Shown: positions 19,269 to 29,021 of the stretch, one piece after another
Layout of the letters: each line of letters opens with the position of its first letter
Numbering within the stretch: the first letter of the stretch is position 1
Assembly: GCA_963727625.1 (NCBI GenBank)
Contig: CAVSHR010000012.1
Location: 512,001-576,000 of the forward strand
DNA: 64,000 bases
Reading direction: 5' to 3'
DNA from: an uncultured delta proteobacterium
GTDB taxonomy: Bacteria > Desulfobacterota > Binatia > UBA9968
Notes under the pieces: generated by a model
The model's database searches: none
Seen by the model: the letters and a program-made list of their open reading frames with translations, nothing else
What the model was told of the DNA's origin: nothing
Position numbers and translations under genes: made by a program

Positions 19269-20063
19269 TTATCGAACCACCGGCCAATAGCGTCCCCGCC
19301 GCTTCATAACCGTGAGTGAAACTCCGTAAAGATCTTTCAACACCCCCGGCTTGAGCACTTTGCTCGTTGGTCCGGCATGCAGCACCTTGCCGTCCCGCAG
19401 CACCAGTGTATGGCCGAACAGCGGCAGGATCTCTTCGATATGGTGCGTGACGTAAATCAGCGCCGGAAGGTTTTTTTGCCGGCCGAGCCGGGCCAGCGAG
19501 GCAAGGAATTTTTCCCGCGCACCCGGATCCATGCCGGCGCAGGGCTCGTCGAGAATGATCAGATAGGGTTTCGTCATGCGCGCCCGCGCGATTAGAATTT
19601 TTTGCTGCTCGCCTTGTGACAGAGTGCCAAACTCTTGTTCGCTTAACTGCGCGCCGCCGAGTTCGCTCAAATAGCGCCGCGCGCAGGCGTAATCTCGACG
19701 ATTCGCCTGTCCCCAGAAACCACCCAGGTAACCGACCTGCGCAAACCTGCCCGACACCACCGTGTTGAGCGCTTTTTCTCGCGGCGGGATTTCGCTCGCT
19801 AAAGTCGCCGTCACCCAACCGATGCTTTTGCGCAGCTCAGGTAAGTAAGTCAGATCCTTTCCCTTGCGCAGAACCACCCCGCCGGCGTTCGGCCACAGAT
19901 AGCCGCACGCCAATTTCAAAAGCGTCGTCTTGCCCGAGCCGTTGGGACCGAGAATCGCCCAATGCTCGCCGCCTGCGACCGTCCAATCAATGGCATCGAG
20001 AATTTTTTTGCCGTCGGCGACGTAGGAAACGTCGCGCAGTTCGAGCGCAGCGGTTTTTTTCAT
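19269..20063 (-). CDS. ABC ATP-binding protein (ModF-like)
   Basis: GPNGSGKTT, LSQGEQQK, ILDEP, VTHH. Confidence 0.9.
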   Translation of the reverse strand: MKKTAALELRDVSYVADGKKILDAIDWTVAGGEHWAILGPNGSGKTTLLKLACGYLWPNAGGVVLRKGKDLTYLPELRKSIGWVTATLASEIPPREKALNTVVSGRFAQVGYLGGFWGQANRRDYACARRYLSELGGAQLSEQEFGTLSQGEQQKILIARARMTKPYLIILDEPCAGMDPGAREKFLASLARLGRQKNLPALIYVTHHIEEILPLFGHTLVLRDGKVLHAGPTSKVLKPGVLKDLYGVSLTVMKRRGRYWPVVR

Positions 20064-20197
20064 CGGTGAGTCTCTTGCCGATGAAAGTGAACGGAAACGA
20101 CGCGGTTTTCAACGGGGCGAGGAGCGATCAGGAAAAAAATGGCGCTCCAGTCCGAAGCCGCGCTCCAGCCGCCGAACGCGCCAGCGCCCCCCATCGA

Positions 20198-21463
20198 TCA
20201 CTGCGGCGCGACAGCAGCGCCGGCGCGGACCATCTCCACGACCGCGGCTCGGCGCAGGTCAACCACCGCCACTTCATCCGATCGCTCACAACCGACAAAG
20301 GCCAACTCGCCGTCAGGGCTGAATGAAATATGCGCCGGCGCGCCGCCGACGGCGAGACGTGCTCGTGTTTCGTGGGCGTGGGCGTCGATAATACCGACGC
20401 TTGCTTCGCCGGTGTGCGACACGACAATCCACTTGCCGTCCGGACTCGGGGCGAAAAAATGCGGATAAATGCCGACCGGGATGGTCCCGATAACGCGATG
20501 ATTCATGCAATCCCACACCGTCAGATCGTCGGACGCAAAATTAGCCACGTAACCGCAGCGCCCATCCGGGCTGAGCGCAGGCAAATGCGCGCCTTTGCCC
20601 GCCGGAATTCTCGCCACGACTTCGTGATCGCTGGTGTTGACGACCGTCACATCATCCGAAACAGAATTGGCCACGTAGGCGAAGCGGCTCTCCGGGTCGA
20701 ACGCGATGTGCCCAGGTCCCAATCCGACTTTGACTTCGCCGGTTACGGAATAATCCCGCCCATCGATCACGGTCACTGTATGCGAAGCGGAGTTGGGCTG
20801 GTAAGCCCAGCGACCGCCCGGAGAAACCGCGATGTCGTGCGGCGCCTTGCCGACCGGCACGGTCCCGCGAAGATCTCCGCCGCTGCCGATCACCGTCACG
20901 CTGCTACCCGGCCCGCTCGGCAGGTAAACGCAATCTCCATCCGGCGCTACACAAGGCAGCAATGGGCGCGAGCCCGTCGTTGCCGTCGTGATCACGGTAT
21001 CGCTCGTCGTGTCGATGATCGTGACATCGTTGGAGCCGCTGTTGGCGACGTACAGGCGTTCGCCGTCGTGCGACAATTCCAAATGCGACGGATCGTCGCC
21101 CGCGGCAATATGCTTGATTACCTTGCGCGATGCGCCGTCGATCACCGCGACACGATTGTCCGTCGTATTCGAGTAGACGCGCCCATCGCGATGACTCACG
21201 ACGGAATGAGCCCCGCGCAAACCCAACCGCGGCGTTGAACCGTCCGGATAAAGCACTAGAGCAAAAGAATCGTCGCCGCGTTCGAGCATCACCCGATAAC
21301 CGCGTTCAAGCATCGAGATATACTGGCGCACAGGAAGAGCGCCGACCCGCGCCCGGACAATGGCGTTTTGGCCGCGCAACGCAACATATTGTTCTTGCAG
21401 TCGAGCGACCTGTTGGTCAGGCGCGAGTGCGCCAAGATCGAGATGAACGGTTTGCGAAGACAT
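20198..21463 (-). CDS. YVTN/YncE beta-propeller protein with small N-terminal domain
   Basis: About eight YV.N..S..V.VID repeats with SPDG turns; no signal peptide. Confidence 0.85.
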   Translation of the reverse strand: MSSQTVHLDLGALAPDQQVARLQEQYVALRGQNAIVRARVGALPVRQYISMLERGYRVMLERGDDSFALVLYPDGSTPRLGLRGAHSVVSHRDGRVYSNTTDNRVAVIDGASRKVIKHIAAGDDPSHLELSHDGERLYVANSGSNDVTIIDTTSDTVITTATTGSRPLLPCVAPDGDCVYLPSGPGSSVTVIGSGGDLRGTVPVGKAPHDIAVSPGGRWAYQPNSASHTVTVIDGRDYSVTGEVKVGLGPGHIAFDPESRFAYVANSVSDDVTVVNTSDHEVVARIPAGKGAHLPALSPDGRCGYVANFASDDLTVWDCMNHRVIGTIPVGIYPHFFAPSPDGKWIVVSHTGEASVGIIDAHAHETRARLAVGGAPAHISFSPDGELAFVGCERSDEVAVVDLRRAAVVEMVRAGAAVAPQ

Positions 21464-21499
21464 GGGGGAGACCCGTTGGCGGACTGGAGCGATAAATTT

Positions 21500-21553
21500 T
21501 TGGAGTGTCGGAGCCTACCCATCCTCCCATGACTCCGGACTCCATCACTCCAA
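21500..21553. repeat. Family C periodic inverted repeat (GGAGT/ACTCC units), empty
   Basis: tggagtgtcggag ... gactccggactccatcactcca, about 8 nt after the amidohydrolase stop. Confidence 0.6.
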
Positions 21554-21561
21554 TTTTTTTC

Positions 21562-22560
21562 CTATTGCTTGAACCTCGTGAACACCTGCTCGGCGTTTTT
21601 GTGAAAGACTTTCGCCTTGTCCTCCGCCGTAAGCCACGGGATACTTTCAATGTTAGGCCGCACATCGTCGTACCATTTGCCGGTGCGCGGATCGGTCTTC
21701 GAGCCCGCCCCCGGCCGTTCCGTGCCGAAAAGACAACGTTCGGGGCCGCAGATGCGGAAGAGCAGCTTCAATGACTCGACGTTGTAGAGCGCGCTGTCGA
21801 AATAGAGCTGCTTCAGTCTTTGGTCGAAAGTCTCCGTGTCGTTGGGACCGCGCAGCTGGGAGCGCCAGCGGCCGACTTGATAGGGCACCGAGCCGCCGCC
21901 ATGCGAGATGATCAGCTTCAGCTTGGGAAAATCTTGAAACACTTTGGAGTCGACCAGGGACAGGATCGCAATGCTCTCTTCGGTGATGAAGTGGCCGTGG
22001 AACGACTCGCGCGGATTTTTGCAGCTCGCCCCGTGCACGAGGCCGGGTACGTCCATCTTCACCATCTTCTCGTAAAGAGGATACCAGTATTCGTTGCCCA
22101 TCGCCGGCGTTTGCCCGTCGCCCTCGCCGGGATCGGGGTTGATCATGATGCCGACGAAGCCTAGATCATTGATGCAGCGATCGATTTCTTCGAACGTGTT
22201 TGTCACCGGCACCCCGGCGTTCTGGGGCAGGCCGCCGATGGCGCGAAATTTCTTCGGTTCCATTTTGACCTGCAATGCCAACGCATCATTCACCGCCTGG
22301 CAGTACCAGTGCACGATCTTCTCCGGTTTCGCCGAATGCATCATCGTGTAAGGTCGCGGCGAGATAAACGCGAAATCCGTGCCAACCTCGTCCAAGACTT
22401 CGGAATGTTTATGGCCGTGCCACTTTGCCTCTTGAATATGCTTCTCCGTTACCACGCTGGTGCTGCGCGGGCGATGAAACCCGGCGCTGTTGATCAAACC
22501 GGCTTGAAAGGTCTGGAGCTGCTCGCCGGCAACGATATGGTTGTGAATGTCGATAATCAT
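21562..22560 (-). CDS. Amidohydrolase_2 family, LigJ/LigY-like
   Basis: MIIDIHNH, ISPRP, INPDP, LVHG, ISHGGG, LFGTERPG. Confidence 0.8.
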   Translation of the reverse strand: MIIDIHNHIVAGEQLQTFQAGLINSAGFHRPRSTSVVTEKHIQEAKWHGHKHSEVLDEVGTDFAFISPRPYTMMHSAKPEKIVHWYCQAVNDALALQVKMEPKKFRAIGGLPQNAGVPVTNTFEEIDRCINDLGFVGIMINPDPGEGDGQTPAMGNEYWYPLYEKMVKMDVPGLVHGASCKNPRESFHGHFITEESIAILSLVDSKVFQDFPKLKLIISHGGGSVPYQVGRWRSQLRGPNDTETFDQRLKQLYFDSALYNVESLKLLFRICGPERCLFGTERPGAGSKTDPRTGKWYDDVRPNIESIPWLTAEDKAKVFHKNAEQVFTRFKQ

Positions 22561-22633
22561 GACAAAGTCCTTTCCAACAAAATTGCATCTTACCTATCAG
22601 AGACCGGCGACCGGCGGCAAGACGGGATGAAAC

Positions 22634-22717
22634 CGGAGCTATGGAGTAATGGAGTACCGGAGGGATGGGTTCAGAAACACTTCCCAACACTCGATTACTC
22701 CAACGCTCCATCATTCC
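22634..22717. repeat. Family C periodic inverted repeat (8-nt GGAGTAAT-like units), empty
   Basis: cggagctatggagtaatggagtaccggagggatggg ... cccaacactcgattactccaacgctccatcattccg; overlaps the MFS 3' end. Confidence 0.7.
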
Positions 22718-24023
22718 GTTCCACTCTCCGTGGCGGCCGTAGCAACAAACTCAAAAACGCCGAGGTGATCAGCGCGCAACCGAACAGCGCAAAGGAAACT
22801 CCGTAGCCGCCGGTGGCGTCGAAGAGAAAGCCGAAAAACGGCGGCCCCATGGCAGCGAGCACCTGAGAAATCAGCAAACCCATGCCGCGAATTCTTCCGA
22901 GCGAGCGGCGCCCGAAGTAATTGGCCCATAAGAAATCGGGCAAGACCATATTGCCGCCGAGGCCGATGCCGTAGAGAAAAAATCCGATATAAAGGCAAGC
23001 GAGGTTGCTCGTGGAGATCGCCAGCGCCAGACCGATGCCTTGAATGACAAATCGCAGCATGGCCGCGATGCGGGCGTCCAGTCGCTCGACAAGAAATCCC
23101 CAGACAAGCGGCGAAGCCAACTGCATGGAGGCAATCACGCTCATCACGGTGGCGGCAATCACCGGCGAATGGCCGAGGTCCGTTACGTACGGATACACAT
23201 GCAGGTTGAGGCCGGTCACGCCAATGCTGGAAATGCCGAAGGTCACCACCAGTAGCCAAAAGGTTTTCGTGCGCACCGCCTCGGCGCGCGTCCAGACAGT
23301 GTTCGAAGCCTTAACCAAGTCCTCTTCCCAACTTTTTTTACTTGTTGGGATCGATTTATCTTGGATCGTCGGTTCAGCATCTCCATCCGGACGAAGCCCC
23401 ATATCCTCGGGGGTCCGCCGCACCACAAAAAGCGCCGGCAACACCAACAAGGCCGCCGTCAGAACGCCGAAGACCACCCAAGTTTGGCGCCAACCGAGGG
23501 TCAACAGAAGCCAGGCCGCGACCACCGGCATGCAGACCTTGGCGAAGCCCACGCCCATGCTCGTGAATGCCATTGCACGGCCGCGCCGGCGCACAAACCA
23601 CTGGGAAACGACCACGTTGACGACCATGGAGCCCATCAGCGCATCGCCGAAGGTCACCAACGTCAGACGAATGGCGGCGAATTGACCGAAGCTCTCCACA
23701 TGGCCGAGAATCAGATAGCCCAAGCCGACGATCACCGCGCCGAGCGCCATCAGCACGCGACCGCCGTGGCGGTCCACCAGCGTGCCGACCAGCGGCGCCA
23801 GACCGGCGCCGATCATGGCTTCGCCCGAGCGCAGCAAGGAAAACACGCCGCGGGAAATGCCCATCTCGGCGGTCAGGGGTTTGAGAAAAATACTGAGCGT
23901 GCTGGCGAGCGCGAACGAAGAAGCGACGTTGGCGAGAAAACCTACTCCGACGATATACCAACCGTAGAAAATACCCCGACTCTTCCGCTCCCGCTCCTCG
24001 CGCAACGCTCCTTTCACACCCAC
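22695..24023 (-). CDS. MFS transporter (OFA/MCT-like)
   Basis: FYGWYIV, GTLVDRHG, QWFVRRRGRAM, LGWR, NYFGRRSLGRIRG. Confidence 0.88.
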   Translation of the reverse strand: MGVKGALREERERKSRGIFYGWYIVGVGFLANVASSFALASTLSIFLKPLTAEMGISRGVFSLLRSGEAMIGAGLAPLVGTLVDRHGGRVLMALGAVIVGLGYLILGHVESFGQFAAIRLTLVTFGDALMGSMVVNVVVSQWFVRRRGRAMAFTSMGVGFAKVCMPVVAAWLLLTLGWRQTWVVFGVLTAALLVLPALFVVRRTPEDMGLRPDGDAEPTIQDKSIPTSKKSWEEDLVKASNTVWTRAEAVRTKTFWLLVVTFGISSIGVTGLNLHVYPYVTDLGHSPVIAATVMSVIASMQLASPLVWGFLVERLDARIAAMLRFVIQGIGLALAISTSNLACLYIGFFLYGIGLGGNMVLPDFLWANYFGRRSLGRIRGMGLLISQVLAAMGPPFFGFLFDATGGYGVSFALFGCALITSAFLSLLLRPPRRVERNDGALE

Positions 24024-24124
24024 GCTTTAGCAGGAAAACAGCGGCGCGCGCAATTCAAGCACAGCGATTGAAGATTTTTCTTGAAACCGTAAATGAGAGC
24101 AGTACGGCCGGATATTCCTAATCA

Positions 24125-24859
24125 TTAGCTCCTGTCCTTTTTACTTTCGATAAGCGCCTTGAGATTTTGAATCCGTTCGTCACCGCTTGGATGGCTTGAC
24201 AGAAACGGCAAGCGCAATCCTCGGTCGATTTTCAGAAATTTCTCTTGCAGCGTGATCGCCGCCCGCAGTTTGTAATGGTTGGCGCGCATGTAAGCGAGGC
24301 TGGCGGCGTCGGCTTCCCGCTCTTGCTCGCGGTTGTACGAGGAGTCGATCAGATTGACGCCGAGTCCGCTGACGAGCCCGGCCACCGGCACTCCCGCGGC
24401 GCTCAAGCCGACTCCGACCATGGTGCCGAGAGCATTGAGGGTGCTCATGCGCGTCTGTCCGGCATCCACGTGCCCCTTGGCCCAGTGCGCAGCCTCATGG
24501 CCGATCAACGCGGCGTACTCATCGACGTCGCCGCCGATCAATCGCACCATGCCGAGATTGATGCCAATCACTCTCTGCCCGTTGTTAATGATGCCGGCAA
24601 AAGCGTTGGGCCCTTCTCCGTCGACAATGTAAAGTTCGCTTTGCACCCCCGCGGACCGGTTGATGCGCAGGTGGGCGAGCATCATTTCCTGGATCGTTTG
24701 GGTCGAGACCGCCAGAGCGATTCGATGGTTTGGCGTGTGGAGTTCGAGCACAGGGCCCCGTTCCAGCACGACATCTTTGACGCGCCAGTAGTATTTTTGC
24801 CGCTGCATCGCGCATCCGGCGAAATTCACGGCGATGATCAATAAAATGAGCTTTTTCAT
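24125..24859 (-). CDS. M48 family metallopeptidase, probable lipoprotein
   Basis: FAGC lipobox, PNAFA, HEAAH, EREAD, FLSSHP...RI. Confidence 0.9.
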   Translation of the reverse strand: MKKLILLIIAVNFAGCAMQRQKYYWRVKDVVLERGPVLELHTPNHRIALAVSTQTIQEMMLAHLRINRSAGVQSELYIVDGEGPNAFAGIINNGQRVIGINLGMVRLIGGDVDEYAALIGHEAAHWAKGHVDAGQTRMSTLNALGTMVGVGLSAAGVPVAGLVSGLGVNLIDSSYNREQEREADAASLAYMRANHYKLRAAITLQEKFLKIDRGLRLPFLSSHPSGDERIQNLKALIESKKDRS

Positions 24860-24967
24860 TCCCGTTGCATCTAAGCGATTTTATCGCGCCCGCGAGCGGA
24901 CCCTAGCCGCGCGCGACGATTTGCGTTAGCTTCACTTGTGCGAGCATTCTTGCCGAAAGGATCTTAT

Positions 24968-25681
24968 ATGAAAGCTTTTCTGTCCATATTGGGCATTTTA
25001 CTTCTGGTCGGTTCGACGGCTCAAGCACAGCAAAACAATAATCGCCCGAGACCGTCCACGGTTACGGTAAGCGGCGATGCGACGATTTCGGCTGAGCCCG
25101 ATCAGGCGCAAATCGACATCGGCGTCGTCACTCAAGCCCGCAGCGCGCCGGAAGCGTCGAAGGAAAACGCCGAACGGCTGACCCGCGTATTGGCCGAGAT
25201 CAGAAAGCGTTTGGGCAAAGGCGACGAAGTCAAAACCAGCGGCTACTCTCTCACGCCTAACTATCGCTACCCCCAGGGCGGCAAACCCGAGATCGTCGGC
25301 TACACCGCCAGCAACACCGTACGCATCGAGACAACCAATTTGGACCTCGTCGGCCGCCTGATCGACAGCGCCATGCAAGCGGGCGCCAACAACGTTCATC
25401 GTCTGGTCTTTACGCTGAAGGACGAGCAAGCCGTCCAGCTCGAAGCGCTGCGCGCGGCTTCGGCCAAAGCGAAAGCCAAAGCTGAGGCTATCGCCGCAGC
25501 ACTCGGGCTAAAAATTGTCCGCATCGCGTCGGTTAATGAAGGCGAGCGGGTCGTTCGACCGATCTACCGCCAAGCGCTGGCGGCGCGCGCCGATGCAGCG
25601 CCAGCGCGGACTCCGGTAGAACCGGGAACGGTTGAAATCCGCTCGACGCTGTCGATGACCGTGGAGGTGAGTGAAAAGTAA
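24968..25681 (+). CDS. SIMPL domain (DUF541) protein
   Basis: Signal peptide, VTVSG...PDQA, GYTASNTV, AGANNV. Confidence 0.88.
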   Translation: MKAFLSILGILLLVGSTAQAQQNNNRPRPSTVTVSGDATISAEPDQAQIDIGVVTQARSAPEASKENAERLTRVLAEIRKRLGKGDEVKTSGYSLTPNYRYPQGGKPEIVGYTASNTVRIETTNLDLVGRLIDSAMQAGANNVHRLVFTLKDEQAVQLEALRAASAKAKAKAEAIAAALGLKIVRIASVNEGERVVRPIYRQALAARADAAPARTPVEPGTVEIRSTLSMTVEVSEK

Positions 25682-25740
25682 ACACGAAGCTTCTGTGGAT
25701 AAGTCCTATTTCGCGCTTCGCTAAACCCGGGGTCGCTCTT

Positions 25741-26082
25741 TGAGGCGGCATGCCGATTGGCCCGACGTTTCTCTTAATCACTTCCGCCAGCGTCCGATTG
25801 GCCCGCGTCGGCCAAACGGCCCTCAGCACGCTGACGGAATAGCTCGTGTCGGTCATGTTCGCCGCGCCTTCGGCGACGCGCTGGGCTTTCTCGAACAGGG
25901 CGCGGATTTTTTCCGCCGTGGCCCCGCAGAAGAACCAGCCGACCGATGATTTATTGGGAATGACATTGGGCTGATCGCCGCCGTTGGTGATCGCGCGATG
26001 ACTGCAATGGCTCGGCTCCAGATGCTCGCGCAGCTTGTCCCAACCGATGTCCATCAACACCACCGCGTCCAGCGCATCCTTA
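25741..26082 (-). pseudogene. Internal fragment of AbgB-like M20 amidohydrolase
   Basis: DALDAVVLMDIGWDKLREHL...ITNGGDQPNVIP...VAEGAANMT; no N- or C-terminus in the available space. Confidence 0.75.
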
Positions 26083-26097
26083 TTCTTTCAATGATTC

Positions 26098-26979
26098 TTA
26101 CCCCTCAAATTTCCCCGGATCTTTGTAATAGTGTTTGTAGTACCACTCGGCGATCTCCCAGCCCGTCGCGCGCCACACGCCGTCGTGCGAACACATGTAA
26201 TCGAGCGCCTTGTCGAGATACTTGATCCGAAACGGCATGCCGATCACGAAAGGATGAAGTGGCAAACATAATACCCGTCCGCCTGATTCACTGTCTTTGT
26301 AAAGCGTGTCGAAATGGTCGCGAACCATCCGATAGTATTGCTCCGGTGTGTGACCTTCGCGGATAAACACGCGGATGTCGTTGACGCCCAACTCATAAGG
26401 CACGACGATCATGCGGCCGCTTTTGACGCGCATCGGTGTCGGCTGCTCGTCATTGCCCCAGTCGCAGACATACTCAAATCCCTCTGCTGCTAAATGATCC
26501 GGCGTGTCGGCCGTTTCGCCCAGACCGGGCCCGAGCCAGCCCTTCGGCGCTTTGCCCGTCGCCGCGGTGATGATCTCTTTCACTTTGCGGATGATCGAGC
26601 GCTCTTCTTCGGGTTTGTAATCGAGCATCGAGACGCTGTTGGTCATGCCGTGGCCGAGCCACTCCCACTTGCGTTTGTTGCCGGCTTCGATGATCGGCGG
26701 GTGTTGCTCGCAGACTTCGGCGTTCAGCAGCACGCTGGCGCGGATATTGTATTTGTCCAGCACGTCCATGATCCGAAATACGCCCACGCGGGAGCCGTAA
26801 TCGCGGAGCGTGTAGCCGGGCACATCGGGCGTATGGTTGCTGCCCGAGCCGCGAACCGGCATGTCAAAGTGAAAATACTCGATATTCGGCGCCACCCAAA
26901 GCGCGATGCGGCCGTGATTCGGCCATTCGATTTTAGGCCGGCGAATTATCGGCGAATAATCGTAGCGGCGATTAATCAT
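26098..26979 (-). CDS. Polysaccharide deacetylase family (PuuE-like)
   Basis: WPNHGRIALW..PNIE, DYGSRVG..R, WLGHG, GWLGP, DEQP, LHPF; GGAG SD before ATG at 26979. Confidence 0.85.
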   Translation of the reverse strand: MINRRYDYSPIIRRPKIEWPNHGRIALWVAPNIEYFHFDMPVRGSGSNHTPDVPGYTLRDYGSRVGVFRIMDVLDKYNIRASVLLNAEVCEQHPPIIEAGNKRKWEWLGHGMTNSVSMLDYKPEEERSIIRKVKEIITAATGKAPKGWLGPGLGETADTPDHLAAEGFEYVCDWGNDEQPTPMRVKSGRMIVVPYELGVNDIRVFIREGHTPEQYYRMVRDHFDTLYKDSESGGRVLCLPLHPFVIGMPFRIKYLDKALDYMCSHDGVWRATGWEIAEWYYKHYYKDPGKFEG

Positions 26980-27131
26980 TGAATCGAGACTCCTGTCTAA
27001 TTGGTATCTGAACCCACAACTTATGCCAGCAGGCAAAACCGCGTCAAGCCGCCGCTCACATCGGATCGGTAAAAAAAAGGGGGGGAAGTTCCTTCCGCCC
27101 CTCACCGGTCGCATCCCTTGACGACGCCGTG

Positions 27132-27371
27132 TTACAAAAATTTTCCCACAAGAAATTGGTTGATCTCCTCGGAGCCTTTCAACGGCTTGCCGTCGACCAC
27201 CAGAACCGGAACGGTCTTCGTGCCCGTGAGCACGATGAGCTGTTGCTCGTATTCGGGATTTTCCCGAATATTTTTTTTGATGATTTTTTCTTCGCAATGA
27301 AGATTGGTCATGCAATTGAGCACGCTCTGGGAGAAACCGCATTCGTTGTAGAAGTAAAGTTCCATCGCCAT
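27132..27371 (-). CDS. Glutaredoxin-like protein, CGFS motif
   Basis: ECGFS, TVPVLVVDG; about 79 aa. Confidence 0.75.
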   Translation of the reverse strand: MAMELYFYNECGFSQSVLNCMTNLHCEEKIIKKNIRENPEYEQQLIVLTGTKTVPVLVVDGKPLKGSEEINQFLVGKFL

Positions 27372-27402
27372 TTTTGAATCCAACAGAATCGGAGAAAAGA
27401 TT

Positions 27403-27481
27403 TCTCCCGCCAAGTCGCTAAGTCAATGAAAAGATCTATGCTCTAAAGCTTTTATTCTTTCCTTAGCGTCTTTGCGGGAGA
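27403..27481. repeat. Family B periodic inverted repeat (9-nt CGCAAAG/CGCTAAG-based units), empty
   Basis: tctcccgccaagtcgctaag ... cttagcgtctttgcgggaga. Confidence 0.75.
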
Positions 27482-27500
27482 TATTTCTTGGCCTATTTCT

Positions 27501-27971
27501 TTACCCCTTGTTGACCTTCTGGCATTCGGCCAAGAGGTCCTTGGGGTTGCGTTCCCCCGCCGGAGTCACCGAGGCCGCGTAGCGCACTACGCCTTGCTTG
27601 TCGATGATGACCGTAGCACGGTCCGTGATCCCCTTATCCTCGATATACACGCCATACTTTTTTGCCACATCCCCCTTGGGGTGGAAATCCTGCAGCAGCG
27701 GAAACGATATGCCGCCCAGCGATTTCGCCCAATTGTCGTGGGAGAATCTGCTGTCCACACTCACACCCAAAACTTGGGTGTCACAGGCCTTGAACTCGTC
27801 CCTGAGGGCTTCGAGACCAGGCACTTCCTTGCTTCAAGTCGGCGTCCAATCCAGGGGATAGAACACCAACATGACGTTTTTTTGCCCCTTGAACTGGCCG
27901 AGGGAAAACTTGGTTCCCGCCAAATGGCTGGCCAGTTCGAAGTCCGGCGCTGTTTTACCGATCTCAATCAT
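27501..27971 (-). CDS. Peroxiredoxin (AhpE/AhpC-TSA) with in-frame TGA at the peroxidatic Cys, probable selenoprotein
   Basis: MIEIGKTAPDFEL...VFYPLDWTPT-TGA(27836-27834)-SKE...GVSVDS...RATVIIDKQG in one frame; AGAAGGAG SD. Confidence 0.85.
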
Positions 27972-28135
27972 GTTGTTCACTCCTTCTAAAAAAGTTGAGC
28001 GTCCGCAGGAACGCTCAACTTTAAGTATAAACGCTAAGACGCGATATTCAACTTTGCCGCGTGATGGACCGACGATTAATTTTAAGATTTTCTGATTATT
28101 GATTGAAAAAGCCGAGCCAGCGGCGCGCCCGTCGC

Positions 28136-28846
28136 TTACGGCAACTTGAATTCGGCCCGCAGCCGCTCCAATGAGGATAACCTCGCGAGCCGCTGCAGGA
28201 CGGTCGTGGTCGGCGGTAAAATGGGAAAGTCGCGGCGATCGACGCGGCTAATCGCCTCTGCCGCGTTTATCCATAGACTGTGGGTGACTTCTTCGGAGCG
28301 GCGCAGCGCCCTCTGCTTGGACGGTTGAGCAGCGATATAAAAGCGCGTATCGAAGCGCATCGAATAAATGTCGGGGGTCACCCAATGATCGAAATAAACC
28401 GCCCGCGTCAGGTCGCAAAAAAGATTTTCCGATTCTAAAAACGCGCTGAAATCGAGTTCCTTGCGCACGATAGCCTGGCGCTTATTCTCAATACGCTGTT
28501 TGGCGGCCTGATCGCTGACCGCGACTTCCTCTCCCGCTTCATTTACGCAGAGCAAAACGCCGACTTCTTCGAACAGCTCGCGCACCACCGCCACCCAATG
28601 GCCGAGCGCTTCGTTCGGTTCGCGGCGGTTGTCCAGAATGCCGCGTGCTTCCTCGCCGGAAAGGCCGCGGCAACGGCGCAACATGGAAGGCGAATAGTCG
28701 GACTCGTGCACCGTGCCACCGGGAAAGACATAAAAGCCGCCGAGAAAACGCATCTCCGGCGGCCGGCGCGTTAAGAGAAGCTCGAAACCGCCCCGCTCAT
28801 CCGGTCGCACGAGCACGACGGTGGAAGCGTAGCGGGGAATTACCAT
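28136..28846 (-). CDS. NUDIX hydrolase (NUDT19-like)
   Basis: VFPGG, VRELFEEVG, WVTP...RFDTRFY, PPT. Confidence 0.88.
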   Translation of the reverse strand: MVIPRYASTVVLVRPDERGGFELLLTRRPPEMRFLGGFYVFPGGTVHESDYSPSMLRRCRGLSGEEARGILDNRREPNEALGHWVAVVRELFEEVGVLLCVNEAGEEVAVSDQAAKQRIENKRQAIVRKELDFSAFLESENLFCDLTRAVYFDHWVTPDIYSMRFDTRFYIAAQPSKQRALRRSEEVTHSLWINAAEAISRVDRRDFPILPPTTTVLQRLARLSSLERLRAEFKLP

Positions 28847-28854
28847 CGGTAAAG

Positions 28855-29000
28855 AATTCCGAAATCCGAAACTCGAAACAAAGTTGAACTTAGAGAAATC
28901 TCAACCTGCGAAAACCCGTAAAACCAATTTCAGTTGAGTTAGTTTGGAAAATTAATTCGTTGGACATTTGAATTGGTTTCGAGTTTCGAAATTCGGATTT
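28855..29000. repeat. Family A periodic inverted repeat (7-nt AAATCCG-like units), empty
   Basis: aattccgaaatccgaaactcgaaac ... gtttcgagtttcgaaattcggattt around an AT-rich spacer. Confidence 0.8.
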
Positions 29001-29021
29001 TGAGTAACGGTTGCCTTCCTC

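Noticed and set aside
26980-27342. N-terminal extension of the 414-aa ORF
   Set aside because: Overlaps the glutaredoxin gene in another frame; SD and family motifs support the start at 26979.
27501-27824. 107-aa ORF as a complete protein, or peroxiredoxin pseudogene
   Set aside because: The upstream in-frame half with SD exists and the only stop is at the catalytic position.
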